DNA from: Candidatus Spongiisociaceae bacterium
Lineage (GTDB): Bacteria; Actinomycetota; Acidimicrobiia; Spongiisociales; Spongiisociaceae
Length of the DNA: 64,000 bases
Reading direction: 5' to 3'
Assembly: GCA_965202665.1 (NCBI GenBank)
Contig: OZ241841.1
Coordinates: 800,001 to 864,000 of the forward strand
In this document: positions 48,223 through 57,534 of the stretch, piece by piece
Layout: each line of letters starts with the position of its first letter
Numbering within the stretch: the first letter of the stretch is position 1
Translations under genes and position numbers: made by a program
The notes under the pieces: model-generated
What the model was told of the DNA's origin: nothing
Databases searched by the model: none
Seen by the model: only the letters and a program-made list of their open reading frames with translations

Positions 48223-49551
48223 TCAGTCTTTCATTTCTTTTAATTTGCTAGCCAAATTTGTTGACGCAATAAAGGCTTTTTGCTTACCAATTTGTTCCAG
48301 TTCTATAAGATCTATTCCACCTAAATACAGTAAATCATTACGGGCGGTGTTAAGAGAAACATCATGTCTATTAGCGTGACCGCGAAAGGTATACAGCCTG
48401 TCAGGATTTCTAAGAGCATCACTAAGCAATGCACGCTGGCGATAGTTCAATTCTGGAATATCACCTATTATACTGTCGACTTCTTGATTTCTCTTCAATA
48501 CGCTATCTACGTAAGTGGATAATCCTTGGAAAGCCTTGTCTAATACGTTTAGCTGATGAATCAAAAAATATGTCAGGTCATTATCGTTGGTCTCCGAATA
48601 TAAAAAGGAGTCACGATACTGTCCAGGTGCTTTATGCAACACGGCCGAAATTGAAACATATTCCATTAACCAATAGTCCCCCCGTAAGGCAGACCAATAA
48701 AAAAGTCCACGAGCCGTTCTACCATTGCCATCAGCAAATGGATGAATATAAGCTAACCAAAAATGTAACAATATGGAATGTAACAAAGGATGGGTAAATC
48801 CACCATTAGCACCGTTGGCAAAATCACATAACCTTTTTATCCGTCCCATAATCTCCTCTGCCCGCGGCGGCATGAACATTATTTTGTCTAACTCATCGAC
48901 AACTTTTGCTCTGATATCTCCTGGCCTTTGAAATCGGCCACAATCATCTGGATTTTCTAAAGTACCTTCTGTTAATTTTGCATGTATTTCACAAATCAAA
49001 TCTGGCGATAAATCTCTATTTGTTATCTCTCGTATATAGCGTATAGCATTATAATTGTTAGAAATCATCCTCTCAGAAATATCACGAGGTTTTTGTCCGC
49101 TACGAAGCATTTCTTTCGCTCTGACGCGTGTGGTAGCCGCACCTTCCAGTTGTGAAGAGGAAATGGCCTCCTCAATTATTCCTCTTACTCGATAGCTACC
49201 TCTTGTGGTAGGATTCAAAGTAGCGATTGGTGAAGCAAGCCTGCCTGTCGCCCGCATGTCAAGATTATGAAGGTGCTCCAAAACCGGATCAACCAAGCTG
49301 TAACGAAAGTAATCACCTTTTGTATTTAAAATAGGAGATGAACGAGCTATAGTATTCCTATTTAAAGCCAACCCTGCCCACCACTCATCTGTCGTAAGCC
49401 CAGCGGGCGGCGGGCGACGTCGAACCTCTTCCCAATGGAGATACCGACCATCCACAGTCGGACCTACATCTAAAACCCGATTCAAATGAATAGGGTCAAT
49501 CTTGATTAGAACATCATTAATCGCCGGAGGGTCTTCGGGCAACCGAGTCAT
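48223..49551 (-). CDS. Fic-family protein with C-terminal HTH-like region (low GC)
   Basis: Canonical HPFADGNGRTAR; SSQLEG; TARNDL; ATG at 49551. Confidence 0.92.
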   Translation of the reverse strand: MTRLPEDPPAINDVLIKIDPIHLNRVLDVGPTVDGRYLHWEEVRRRPPPAGLTTDEWWAGLALNRNTIARSSPILNTKGDYFRYSLVDPVLEHLHNLDMRATGRLASPIATLNPTTRGSYRVRGIIEEAISSSQLEGAATTRVRAKEMLRSGQKPRDISERMISNNYNAIRYIREITNRDLSPDLICEIHAKLTEGTLENPDDCGRFQRPGDIRAKVVDELDKIMFMPPRAEEIMGRIKRLCDFANGANGGFTHPLLHSILLHFWLAYIHPFADGNGRTARGLFYWSALRGDYWLMEYVSISAVLHKAPGQYRDSFLYSETNDNDLTYFLIHQLNVLDKAFQGLSTYVDSVLKRNQEVDSIIGDIPELNYRQRALLSDALRNPDRLYTFRGHANRHDVSLNTARNDLLYLGGIDLIELEQIGKQKAFIASTNLASKLKEMKD

Positions 49552-49618
49552 TATACCTACCTTTCCATTCCATGAGGTCAGCACTCACCAGACATCCAAT
49601 CCTGCCTGGCACTGCGCC

Positions 49619-49648
49619 AGTATACGATCCGACCATCCTAAATGTCAA
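49619..49648 (-). promoter_or_regulatory. Near-consensus sigma-70 promoter of fic: TTGACA-N18-TATACT
   Basis: tgtcaa 49643-49648, agtata 49619-49624. Confidence 0.7.
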
Positions 49649-49650
49649 AT

Positions 49651-49827
49651 CGCCCCCACCCCCAACTGTCAATTTACTGTCAACAACTGTCAAAATGACA
49701 CTTGGCCGCCCCAACCCCCACCCCCAACTGTCAATTAACTGTCAACAACTGTCAAAATGACACTTGATCGCCCCAAACCCCCACCCCAACTATCAATTAA
49801 CTGTCAACAACTGTCAAAATGACACTT
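49651..49827. repeat. Three tandem 62-bp units, each with three ACTGTCAA sub-repeats
   Basis: ccccaactgtcaattaactgtcaacaactgtcaaaatgacactt three times (aact at 49664, 49726, 49788). Confidence 0.95.
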
Positions 49828-50524
49828 AGGGGGCGGCGGGTGGGAGGTCGAAGGCTAAGACCAGCTCGGCGGAGACGCGGGATTGGCCGTTGGCCCCGGC
49901 TCTCAAGCGGGGGGTTACCACGCGGGCGGCGTCGACTAGGGCGAACCCCATTTCCAGCAGGGTTTGCGTATGCCAGGAGGCTACATTTTGACGTCGGCCC
50001 CTCCGGATGTGGTCGGAGATGTTCAACAGCAACCGCCCGCCCGCCCGCAGCACCCGGGCCGTCTCCCGCCAGGCCCGTTCGTGAAACTCCCGATATTGGG
50101 GTCCCCAGTGCAACACCCCCGAATTGTCCTCCGACAGATTGCGTCCCAGGTCGTGGGTGTAACTGCGACGTAACGACCCGTCCCGGGCGTTGTGATGGTC
50201 GGCCAGCCGGTTTCCGTAGGTCGGCGAGGTGACCACCGCGTCGAACCACCCTTCATCAAAGGGCAGAGCCAAGGCGTTGCCCACCCGCGTGTCGGGGTGG
50301 AGGCGCGCCCATTCCGGTTCCAACTCCACCCCCCAGGTGCGCATCTCCCACTCCACCATCCCCGGCAGTTCGTGCACCCGGCCCACTCCGGCGAAAGGAT
50401 CCAGCACCCGCCGGTGCTCCGGCCCCAGCAACCCGGCCAGCGCGGGCAGGATAGCGGATGAGAACACCGCCGGATGGGCCACCCCCGTCTCATAGAGTTT
50501 TTTCGCCGGGGGCCCTCCGCTCAT
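49826..50524 (-). CDS. Small orphan DNA methyltransferase (N4C/N6A-type)
   Basis: LDPFAGVG followed by VVTSPTY; RVLRAGG. Confidence 0.75.
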   Translation of the reverse strand: MSGGPPAKKLYETGVAHPAVFSSAILPALAGLLGPEHRRVLDPFAGVGRVHELPGMVEWEMRTWGVELEPEWARLHPDTRVGNALALPFDEGWFDAVVTSPTYGNRLADHHNARDGSLRRSYTHDLGRNLSEDNSGVLHWGPQYREFHERAWRETARVLRAGGRLLLNISDHIRRGRRQNVASWHTQTLLEMGFALVDAARVVTPRLRAGANGQSRVSAELVLAFDLPPAAP

Positions 50525-50575
50525 AATCGGAAGCATACCCATGCCCCTCCGCCGGCGGGATGGCAAACTACGGGC

Positions 50576-51469
50576 ATGTCCCGAATCACCAAAGAATGTC
50601 TCTGCATCTGGTGGGCGGCGGCCCGGCCCCGCACCTTGTGGGCGGCGGTGGCCCCGGTTCTGGTCGGAACGGGACTGGCCGTCGGCGACCGGGTTTTCCG
50701 GCCGGATGCGGCGGCGGCCGCCCTGCTGGGGGCGCTGGCCATCCAGATCGCGGCCAACTTCGCCAACGACGCCTCCGACGCCAAACGGGGAGCGGACTCC
50801 CCCGACCGGGTGGGGCCGCCCCGGGCGGTAGCCAGCGGGGCCCTGCCGGAAGGCCGCATCTGGTACGGGGTGTGGATCATGTTCGGGTTGGCGGCGATAG
50901 CGGGCGTTTATCTGACGGCCGTTGCCGGATGGGCGATCCTCGCTTTGGGCGCGGCGTGCGTCCTAGCCGCCTTGGCTTACACCGGGGGCCCGCTTCCCTA
51001 CGGCTACCGGGGGCTGGGGGAAGTGTTCGTGTTCCTGTTCTTCGGGTTGGCGGCCACCGTCGGCTCCCGCTACGTGCATGACATGACCGCCCCCGCCGCC
51101 GCCTGGCTGGCGGCCGTCCCGGTGGGGTTTTTAGCCGTCGCCATCCTGGTGGCCAACAACGTGCGGGACGTTGAAACCGACGCCGCCGTCGGCAAACGCA
51201 CCTCGGCGGTAATACTGGGAGAATCTTTCGCCCGCCGCCTCTACGCGCTGCTGGTAGTCGGGGCCCATGTTTTGGCGGCGGGGCTGGCGGCGGCCGGCCT
51301 CCTCCCCCGTTGGAGCGCCCTGGCCCTGCTGGCCGCGCCCTGGGCGGTGCGGCCGGTGCGGGACCTGATGTCAACTGCCGGGTCCGACCTGACCGGGGCG
51401 TTGGAAACCACCGCCCGCCTCCATCTGCTGTTCAGCCTCGGCTTGGCGATAGGGGCCGCCGTCGGCTGA
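50576..51469 (+). CDS. menA: 1,4-dihydroxy-2-naphthoate polyprenyltransferase
   Basis: [42 protein letters not shown]. Confidence 0.92.
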   Translation: MSRITKECLCIWWAAARPRTLWAAVAPVLVGTGLAVGDRVFRPDAAAAALLGALAIQIAANFANDASDAKRGADSPDRVGPPRAVASGALPEGRIWYGVWIMFGLAAIAGVYLTAVAGWAILALGAACVLAALAYTGGPLPYGYRGLGEVFVFLFFGLAATVGSRYVHDMTAPAAAWLAAVPVGFLAVAILVANNVRDVETDAAVGKRTSAVILGESFARRLYALLVVGAHVLAAGLAAAGLLPRWSALALLAAPWAVRPVRDLMSTAGSDLTGALETTARLHLLFSLGLAIGAAVG

Positions 51470-51484
51470 CCCCGCCCGCGCCTT

Positions 51485-52732
51485 TCAGGCGGAGGCCGGA
51501 ACTTGCAACGAGCCCGACCCTGCACCGGGGCGGGGTTCGCCGGGGAGGCCCAATGCCCGTTCGCCCAGAATGTTTTTCTGCACCTCTTCGGTGCCGCCGC
51601 CGATGGTGAGGGCCCGGCTGAACAGGAACCCGCTCATGAACCGGCGCTCCTCCCCCGTCGGATGGCCCTCCCGCAGCAGGCCGTCGCCGCCCATGAGGTC
51701 CACCGCCAAATTCATCACCTTCTGGGCGAACCGATCCGATGCCAGTTTCTGGATGGCCGCCTCCATCCCCACCGGCCCGCCGCCGCCCCCGTTGCCGGAA
51801 CCGCCGCCGCCCACCGCCGCAGCCGTCAAAGCCCGCTCCTCCAAACAGTCGATGACCTTCTGTTCGATGAAGGCCTCCGCCAACCGATCCCGCAACAGGG
51901 GGTCATCCGCCGGCCGGGAGACGGCCCACTTCCAGAAGTCGGCGAAAGGCGGCCCCAGCCCCCACAGCATCCCCAAACCGGTGGACAGGCTGATCCGCTC
52001 GTTGGCCAAAGTAGTGACCGCCGCCCGCCACCCCCCGTCCACCTCCCCCACCACCATGGAAGCCGGAATCCGCACATCGGTCAGGAACACCTCGCAGAAC
52101 TCCCACTCGCCGGTCATCTGCCGGATGGGCCGCACCTCCACCCCCGGGGCGCGCATGTCCAGCAGAAAATAGGTTATGCCGTCGTGCTTGCCCGCCGCCG
52201 GGTTGGTGCGGGCCAGGAGAATCCCCCAGTCGGAATCATCCGCCCCCGAAGTCCAGATTTTCTGGCCGCTGACGATGAACTCATCCCCGTCCCGAATCGC
52301 CTTGGCGCTCAACCCGGCCAGGTCGCTGCCCGCGTCCGGTTCGGAAAACAGTTGGCACCAATGCTCCCGCCCGGCCAGCATCGGCTCCAAAAACCGCTCC
52401 TTCTGCTCCGGCGTCCCATGGGCCAAAATGGCGGGGCCGGCCCAGCCGATCCCGATGACGTTGGAAGGGGCCGGAGCCCCCGCCCGCACCAGTTCTTCGG
52501 TCACCACCCGTTTGTGAAGCAAAGTCAGCCCCCGACCCCCGTACTCCTCCGGCCAGTGGGGGGCCACCAGCCGGGCCTCCTGCAGTTTGGCGTGCCAAGC
52601 CCCCAGCGGGGTGCCGGCGGCGGTGGTGAAATGTCCCGCCTCCGCCGGATAGCGGGCCGGATCCCACTCCCGGCCCACAAACTCCCGCACCTCCCGCCGG
52701 AAAGCCCCCCGGTCGGGCGCCGCGCTGGTCAC
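51485..52732 (-). CDS. Acyl-CoA dehydrogenase
   Basis: WCQLFSEPDAGSDLA, GQKIWTS, TIGGGTEEVQKN. Confidence 0.92.
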   Translation of the reverse strand: MTSAAPDRGAFRREVREFVGREWDPARYPAEAGHFTTAAGTPLGAWHAKLQEARLVAPHWPEEYGGRGLTLLHKRVVTEELVRAGAPAPSNVIGIGWAGPAILAHGTPEQKERFLEPMLAGREHWCQLFSEPDAGSDLAGLSAKAIRDGDEFIVSGQKIWTSGADDSDWGILLARTNPAAGKHDGITYFLLDMRAPGVEVRPIRQMTGEWEFCEVFLTDVRIPASMVVGEVDGGWRAAVTTLANERISLSTGLGMLWGLGPPFADFWKWAVSRPADDPLLRDRLAEAFIEQKVIDCLEERALTAAAVGGGGSGNGGGGGPVGMEAAIQKLASDRFAQKVMNLAVDLMGGDGLLREGHPTGEERRFMSGFLFSRALTIGGGTEEVQKNILGERALGLPGEPRPGAGSGSLQVPASA

Positions 52733-52768
52733 TGAACTCCTCCTCCGCTTGACAACCTACGACCCATT

Positions 52769-53602
52769 TTACAAGGAGCGCAAATGGTCGGCGATTTCAG
52801 CCGCCGTCAAATCCGGCCGTTCCATTACCATCAGATGGCTCTGCCCGGTCATATAGGCGGTGACGATGTTGGGGAAACCGGCGGAAATGGCGGGCATGGT
52901 TTCGCTCAGCATGCTCCGCTCGTCGGAGACCAGCAACCGCACCGGAGCCTCCACCTCCCCGATATGGGCGAAGGCGCCGCATTCGGCGCTGGCTGCGAAA
53001 ACCTCCGACTCCGACTCCGGGGAAAGAACCAGGGCGGCGCCCTGCGGATGGGGACGGAACCCCCCCTCCAGGTAACCGGCGAAGGCCTCCTCGTGCCAGT
53101 CGGCGAACAACGGTTTGGAACGGTAGGAGCGGGCCGCCTCCTCCACCGACGGAAACACCGGTCGGCGCCGGGCGGCCAGAACCGACAGCGGGTTGTCCGG
53201 ACGGCGCCGGTAGGGGGGCGGCATGAGAACCGGCTCCACCAACACCATTCCGGCGAAAGTCCCCGGAGACAGGGTTTCGGCCATAACCACCGCCGCCCCG
53301 CCCATGGAATGGCCCACCCCCACCAGGCGGGCGCCCCCTCCCAACTCCTTCGCCAAGGCGGCCAGGTCCCGCCCAAACGTCCGCCAAGTGACCGGGGTCG
53401 GCAAAGCGGGCGATGAGCCGTGGCCGCGGGCGTCCCAAGCCGCAACGGAAGCCTCCACCCCCAGCTCCCGCAACCCGGCCACCGTCGGCCGCCACACCTC
53501 TTTGCAGAACCCGGTGGCGTGCCCCAGAAGCAACAGGACGTCCGGCGAGCCGGGGTAGCAGTCCGCGGCCAAACCGGCCGCCGTAACCGATTCAACTTTC
53601 AT
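52769..53602 (-). CDS. Alpha/beta hydrolase
   Basis: HATGF, DARGHG, GHSMGG, SHL.VME. Confidence 0.88.
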   Translation of the reverse strand: MKVESVTAAGLAADCYPGSPDVLLLLGHATGFCKEVWRPTVAGLRELGVEASVAAWDARGHGSSPALPTPVTWRTFGRDLAALAKELGGGARLVGVGHSMGGAAVVMAETLSPGTFAGMVLVEPVLMPPPYRRRPDNPLSVLAARRRPVFPSVEEAARSYRSKPLFADWHEEAFAGYLEGGFRPHPQGAALVLSPESESEVFAASAECGAFAHIGEVEAPVRLLVSDERSMLSETMPAISAGFPNIVTAYMTGQSHLMVMERPDLTAAEIADHLRSL

Positions 53603-53655
53603 AGGCGGCTTTCCCGTCGGGCGCCCGCCCCGCCGCCCCGGTAGTCTGAGGGCCC

Positions 53656-53880
53656 ATGACCTCCCCTATCACCAAAACCGTCCGCCTCGCCGGCCAAGCC
53701 GGCACCGTGGAGGACGCCATCTCCACCGTGCTGGGCCGGGCCGCCCACACCATCGAACGCATCCGCTCCTTCCGAGTGGTGGAAATCGGAGGCGAGGTGG
53801 CCCCGTCCGGGGTGGCGGCCGCATACCGGGTGACGGTGGACATCACATTCGAGGTGAAACCCGGAACCGAAGCCCGGTGA
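53656..53880 (+). CDS. Dodecin-family protein (second copy)
   Basis: ITKTVRLAG...EDAI...RA..TI...F.VVE...YRVTVDITF. Confidence 0.8.
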   Translation: MTSPITKTVRLAGQAGTVEDAISTVLGRAAHTIERIRSFRVVEIGGEVAPSGVAAAYRVTVDITFEVKPGTEAR

Positions 53881-53883
53881 CAA

Positions 53884-54672
53884 CTATTCGCCGGTGAAGC
53901 GGGGAGGGCGCTTCTCCAAGAAGGCCCGCACCCCCTCCCGGCCGTCGGCGCTGGCCGACAGGGCCCCGATGGAGCGGGCTTCCATTTCCATCTGCGTCTC
54001 CAACGTGGCCGACGAAGACTCCGCCAGCAATCTTTTCACCGCCCCGTAGGCCAAGGTAGGCCCGGCCGCCAAGCCCTCCGCCAGATCCCGGGCTTCGTCC
54101 AACAACCGTTCGTCTTCCACCACCCGGGTGATCAGCCCCCACTCGACGGCCTCTTCGGCGCTGAGCATCCGGTTGGTCAGCATCAACTCGGCCGCCCGGC
54201 GCATCCCCACCAGCCGGGGAACGAAAAAAGTGGAGCTGCCGTCCGGGGAGAGGGCGGCGGCCGTGTACTGGGAGGCGAAACGGGCCGAGGCGGCGGCCAG
54301 GGAAATGTCGCAGGCGGCGGCCAGGCTGAAACCGGCCCCGGCGGCCATTCCGTTCACGGCCGCGATCACCGGGGCGTCCATCCGGTTGAAACGGGAAACG
54401 GCGGCGTGGAAGTAGACGGTCATCTCTTTGATCAGCGACGCCGGGTCGTCCGTCTCCCCGAACGAGGCCAGGTCGCCCCCGGCGCAGAAAAACCGCCCGG
54501 CCCCGGTGATGATCACCGCCCGCACCTGCGGGGACTCATCGCAGTGCAGGGAGGCGTGCATCAACTCCCGCATCACCTCCATGTCCATGGCGTTGCCCCG
54601 TTCCGGGCGGTCCAAGGTGATGGTCGCCACCCCGTCCCCGGTTTCCATCCGAATCGTCTGAAAATCAAACAT
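53884..54672 (-). CDS. Enoyl-CoA hydratase/isomerase family
   Basis: ITLDRPE, FCAGGDL, AVNGMAAGAG, AFLEKR. Confidence 0.92.
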   Translation of the reverse strand: MFDFQTIRMETGDGVATITLDRPERGNAMDMEVMRELMHASLHCDESPQVRAVIITGAGRFFCAGGDLASFGETDDPASLIKEMTVYFHAAVSRFNRMDAPVIAAVNGMAAGAGFSLAAACDISLAAASARFASQYTAAALSPDGSSTFFVPRLVGMRRAAELMLTNRMLSAEEAVEWGLITRVVEDERLLDEARDLAEGLAAGPTLAYGAVKRLLAESSSATLETQMEMEARSIGALSASADGREGVRAFLEKRPPRFTGE

Positions 54673-54708
54673 TCGCCCCTCCTTTTCTACGCGGCGGCAT
54701 CCCCGGCG

Positions 54709-57408
54709 TCAGCAGTCGATGCGCCATGGGTCGACCGCCTCCGGGTCAATACCATACCGGTCTATGGCCTCGCCCACCGCCGACGGCTCCATCTCCCCCG
54801 ACTCGGCCAACTTGGAAAGCACGGCCACCGTCAAATGCGGGCCGTCCACTTCAAAAAACCGGCGCAGGGACTCGCGGGTGTCCGACCGTCCGAACCCGTC
54901 CGCCCCCAGCGATATGTAAGGCTGGCTGATCCAACGGGACACCTGGTCGGGCACCAATCGCATATAGTCGGTTACCGCCGCCACCGGGCCCTCCACTCCG
55001 GCCAAGTTGCGGGCGACCAACGGAGCCCGGGGCGGAAGCCCGGGGTGGAGCCGGTTCCACCGCTCGGTGGACAGGGCGTCGTCGCGCAACATCCCGTAGG
55101 AGGTGACGCTCCACAACTCCGCCCCGATCCCGTAGCGCTCCCACAGTTCGTCCCGCGCCCAGCGGGCCGCCCCCTGAGCGGGGCCGGAGAACAAAATCGC
55201 CGCCCGGCGGGAGCCGTCGCCGGGGGGGGCGGCGAACCGGTACATTCCCCGGATGATCCCCTCCCGGGCCCCTTCGGGCAGGGCGGGTTGCCGGTAAGTC
55301 TCGTTGTAGATGGTGATGTAGAAGATGATGTCGTCTTCGTCCACGTACATCCGTTGCAGCCCGTGCTCCGCGATCACCGCCAACTCGCAGGCGAAAGCCG
55401 GATCGTAGGAAACCACCCCCGGGTTGGTGGCGGCCAGGATGTGGCTGTGCCCGTCCTGATGTTGCAACCCCTCCCCGGCCAAAGTGGTGCGCCCGGCGGT
55501 GGCCCCCATCAGGAAACCGCGGGCCCGGGCGTCGGCCGCTTGCCAAATCAAATCCCCCACCCGTTGAAAACCGAACATGGAGTAGAAGGCGAAAAAGGGA
55601 ACGGTGGGGACCCCCCGGTCGGCGTAGGAAGTGCCGGAGGCGATGAAACTGCACATGGAACCGGCCTCGGTAATCCCCTCCTCCAGTATCTGGCCGTCCT
55701 GGGCCTCCTTGTAGGACAGAAGCAGGCTGGCGTCGATCGGTTCGTATTTCTGCCCTCCCGCGGCGTAGATTTTCAGCTCCCGGAACAGGGCGTCCATCCC
55801 GAAAGTGCGGGCCTCGTCGGGCACGATGGGCACCACCCGCTCCCCGAACTCCGGATCCCGGCACAGGGCCCGCAACATTCGGGCGAAAGCCATGGTGGTG
55901 GAAGCCTGCATGTCGCCGCTGCCCTCGTGGAACTCCCGGTAGACGGCCGGGTCGGGGAGGCGGAGCGGACGGCTGATGCGAACCTGACGGCGGGGCAGCA
56001 ACCCGTCTAGGAACTTGCGGCGCCCCATCATGTACTGGTATTCGGGGGAGTCCGTGCCGGGCCGGAAATAGGACAGTTCCCGGCCGTCCTCCAAATCTTC
56101 TTCGGGGATGTCCTCTTCCAGGCTGAGGCGCACCCGCAACTCCCGGAACTGCTCGTTGGACATTTTTTTGACCTGATGGGTGGCGTTGCGGCCTTCGATG
56201 TCCGGCCCCAAAGTCCATCCTTTGATGGTTTTGGCCAGGATGACGGTGGGCGCCCCCTCCTGTTCGGTGGCCGCCTTGTAAGCGGCGTACAACTTCTTGT
56301 AGTCGTGGCCGCCCCGGGGCAGTTTCTCCAAGTCGGAGTCGGACAGGTGGGACACCAACCGGCGCAAGCGCGGGTCGGGGCCGAAAAAGTTCTCCCGAAT
56401 CTCGGCCCCGGGGGTGTCGCTCCATCGTTGAAACTCCCCGTCCACGGTGGCGTTGAGCCGGTTCAACAGCACCCCGTCCACATCGCGGGCCAAAAGGTCG
56501 TCCCACCCCCATCCCCAAATCACTTTGATCACATTCCAGCCCGCACCCCGGAACACCGCCTCCAGTTCCTGGATGATCTTGCCGTTGCCCCGCACCGGTC
56601 CGTCCAGCCGTTGCAGGTTGCAGTTCACCACCCAAATCAGGTTGTCCAACTGCTCGCGGGCGGCCAAGGTGATCGAACCCAGCGTTTCCGGCTCGTCGGC
56701 CTCCCCGTCCCCCAGGAAGCACCACACCCGGGATTCGCCGGTGTCGTCCAAGCGCCGGTGGTGCAGATAGCGGTTGAACCGGGCCTGGTAGATGGAGGAT
56801 ATCGGACCCAGACCCATGGACACGGTCGGGTACTCCCAAAACTCGGGCATCAGCCGGGGATGGGGATAGGAGCTCAGCCCGTGGCCGGACAGCTCCCGGC
56901 GGAAGTTGTCCAAATGCTTCTCGTCAAGCCGGCGCTCCAAAAAGGCCCGGGCGTAAATGCCGGGGGCGGCGTGCCCCTGGAAGTAGACATGATCGCCCGG
57001 CTCCCCGTCGCTTTTGCCCCGGAAAAAATGGTTGAAACCCACCTCGTAGAGGGCGGCCGAGGAGGCGAAGGTGGACAGATGGCCGCCGATTCCCTCCGCC
57101 GCCTTGTTGGCCTTCACCACCATCACCGCCGCGTTCCACCGCACGAAACGGCGAATGCGCCGCTCCAAATGCTCGTCGCCGGGGAACCACGCCTGCTCTT
57201 CGGCGGGGATGGTGTTTACGTAGGGGGTGGAGATGGTGGCCGGATATCCGATCTGCAACTCCCGGGCCCGTTGCATGAGCGAGGAAATAAGGAACCGGGC
57301 GCGGGTGCGGCCGCGCTCCCCCGCCACCGCCTCCAACGACTCCATCCACTCCCGGGTCTCGTCGGGGTCGATGTCCGGCAGCTGATGGAAATATCCGTCG
57401 ATCATCAT
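54709..57408 (-). CDS. aceE: Pyruvate dehydrogenase E1, homodimeric type
   Basis: DIDPDETREW, GLSSYPHP, PTVSMGLG, GDGEADEPE, GEGLQHQDG. Confidence 0.96.
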   Translation of the reverse strand: MMIDGYFHQLPDIDPDETREWMESLEAVAGERGRTRARFLISSLMQRARELQIGYPATISTPYVNTIPAEEQAWFPGDEHLERRIRRFVRWNAAVMVVKANKAAEGIGGHLSTFASSAALYEVGFNHFFRGKSDGEPGDHVYFQGHAAPGIYARAFLERRLDEKHLDNFRRELSGHGLSSYPHPRLMPEFWEYPTVSMGLGPISSIYQARFNRYLHHRRLDDTGESRVWCFLGDGEADEPETLGSITLAAREQLDNLIWVVNCNLQRLDGPVRGNGKIIQELEAVFRGAGWNVIKVIWGWGWDDLLARDVDGVLLNRLNATVDGEFQRWSDTPGAEIRENFFGPDPRLRRLVSHLSDSDLEKLPRGGHDYKKLYAAYKAATEQEGAPTVILAKTIKGWTLGPDIEGRNATHQVKKMSNEQFRELRVRLSLEEDIPEEDLEDGRELSYFRPGTDSPEYQYMMGRRKFLDGLLPRRQVRISRPLRLPDPAVYREFHEGSGDMQASTTMAFARMLRALCRDPEFGERVVPIVPDEARTFGMDALFRELKIYAAGGQKYEPIDASLLLSYKEAQDGQILEEGITEAGSMCSFIASGTSYADRGVPTVPFFAFYSMFGFQRVGDLIWQAADARARGFLMGATAGRTTLAGEGLQHQDGHSHILAATNPGVVSYDPAFACELAVIAEHGLQRMYVDEDDIIFYITIYNETYRQPALPEGAREGIIRGMYRFAAPPGDGSRRAAILFSGPAQGAARWARDELWERYGIGAELWSVTSYGMLRDDALSTERWNRLHPGLPPRAPLVARNLAGVEGPVAAVTDYMRLVPDQVSRWISQPYISLGADGFGRSDTRESLRRFFEVDGPHLTVAVLSKLAESGEMEPSAVGEAIDRYGIDPEAVDPWRIDC

Positions 57409-57534
57409 AAGCCCGCTCTCCTTTGCCTCTAACCGGGGAAACCCGGCCCCGCCGATATTCTACCCCGTCCGTTCCCGCCTCCGCCCCGACCGGCCGTTCC
57501 CGTCGCGCCCGGGCGAAACGGGTATCTTGGAGGT

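Noticed and set aside
49651-49827. Possible CRISPR array
   Set aside because: Only three units, the between-repeat segments are short and similar C-rich sequence rather than unique spacers, and no cas genes are present
4979-53880. Two dodecin genes as ends of a mobile element or recent duplication
   Set aside because: The proteins are clearly diverged and the intervening 48 kb is mostly core genes
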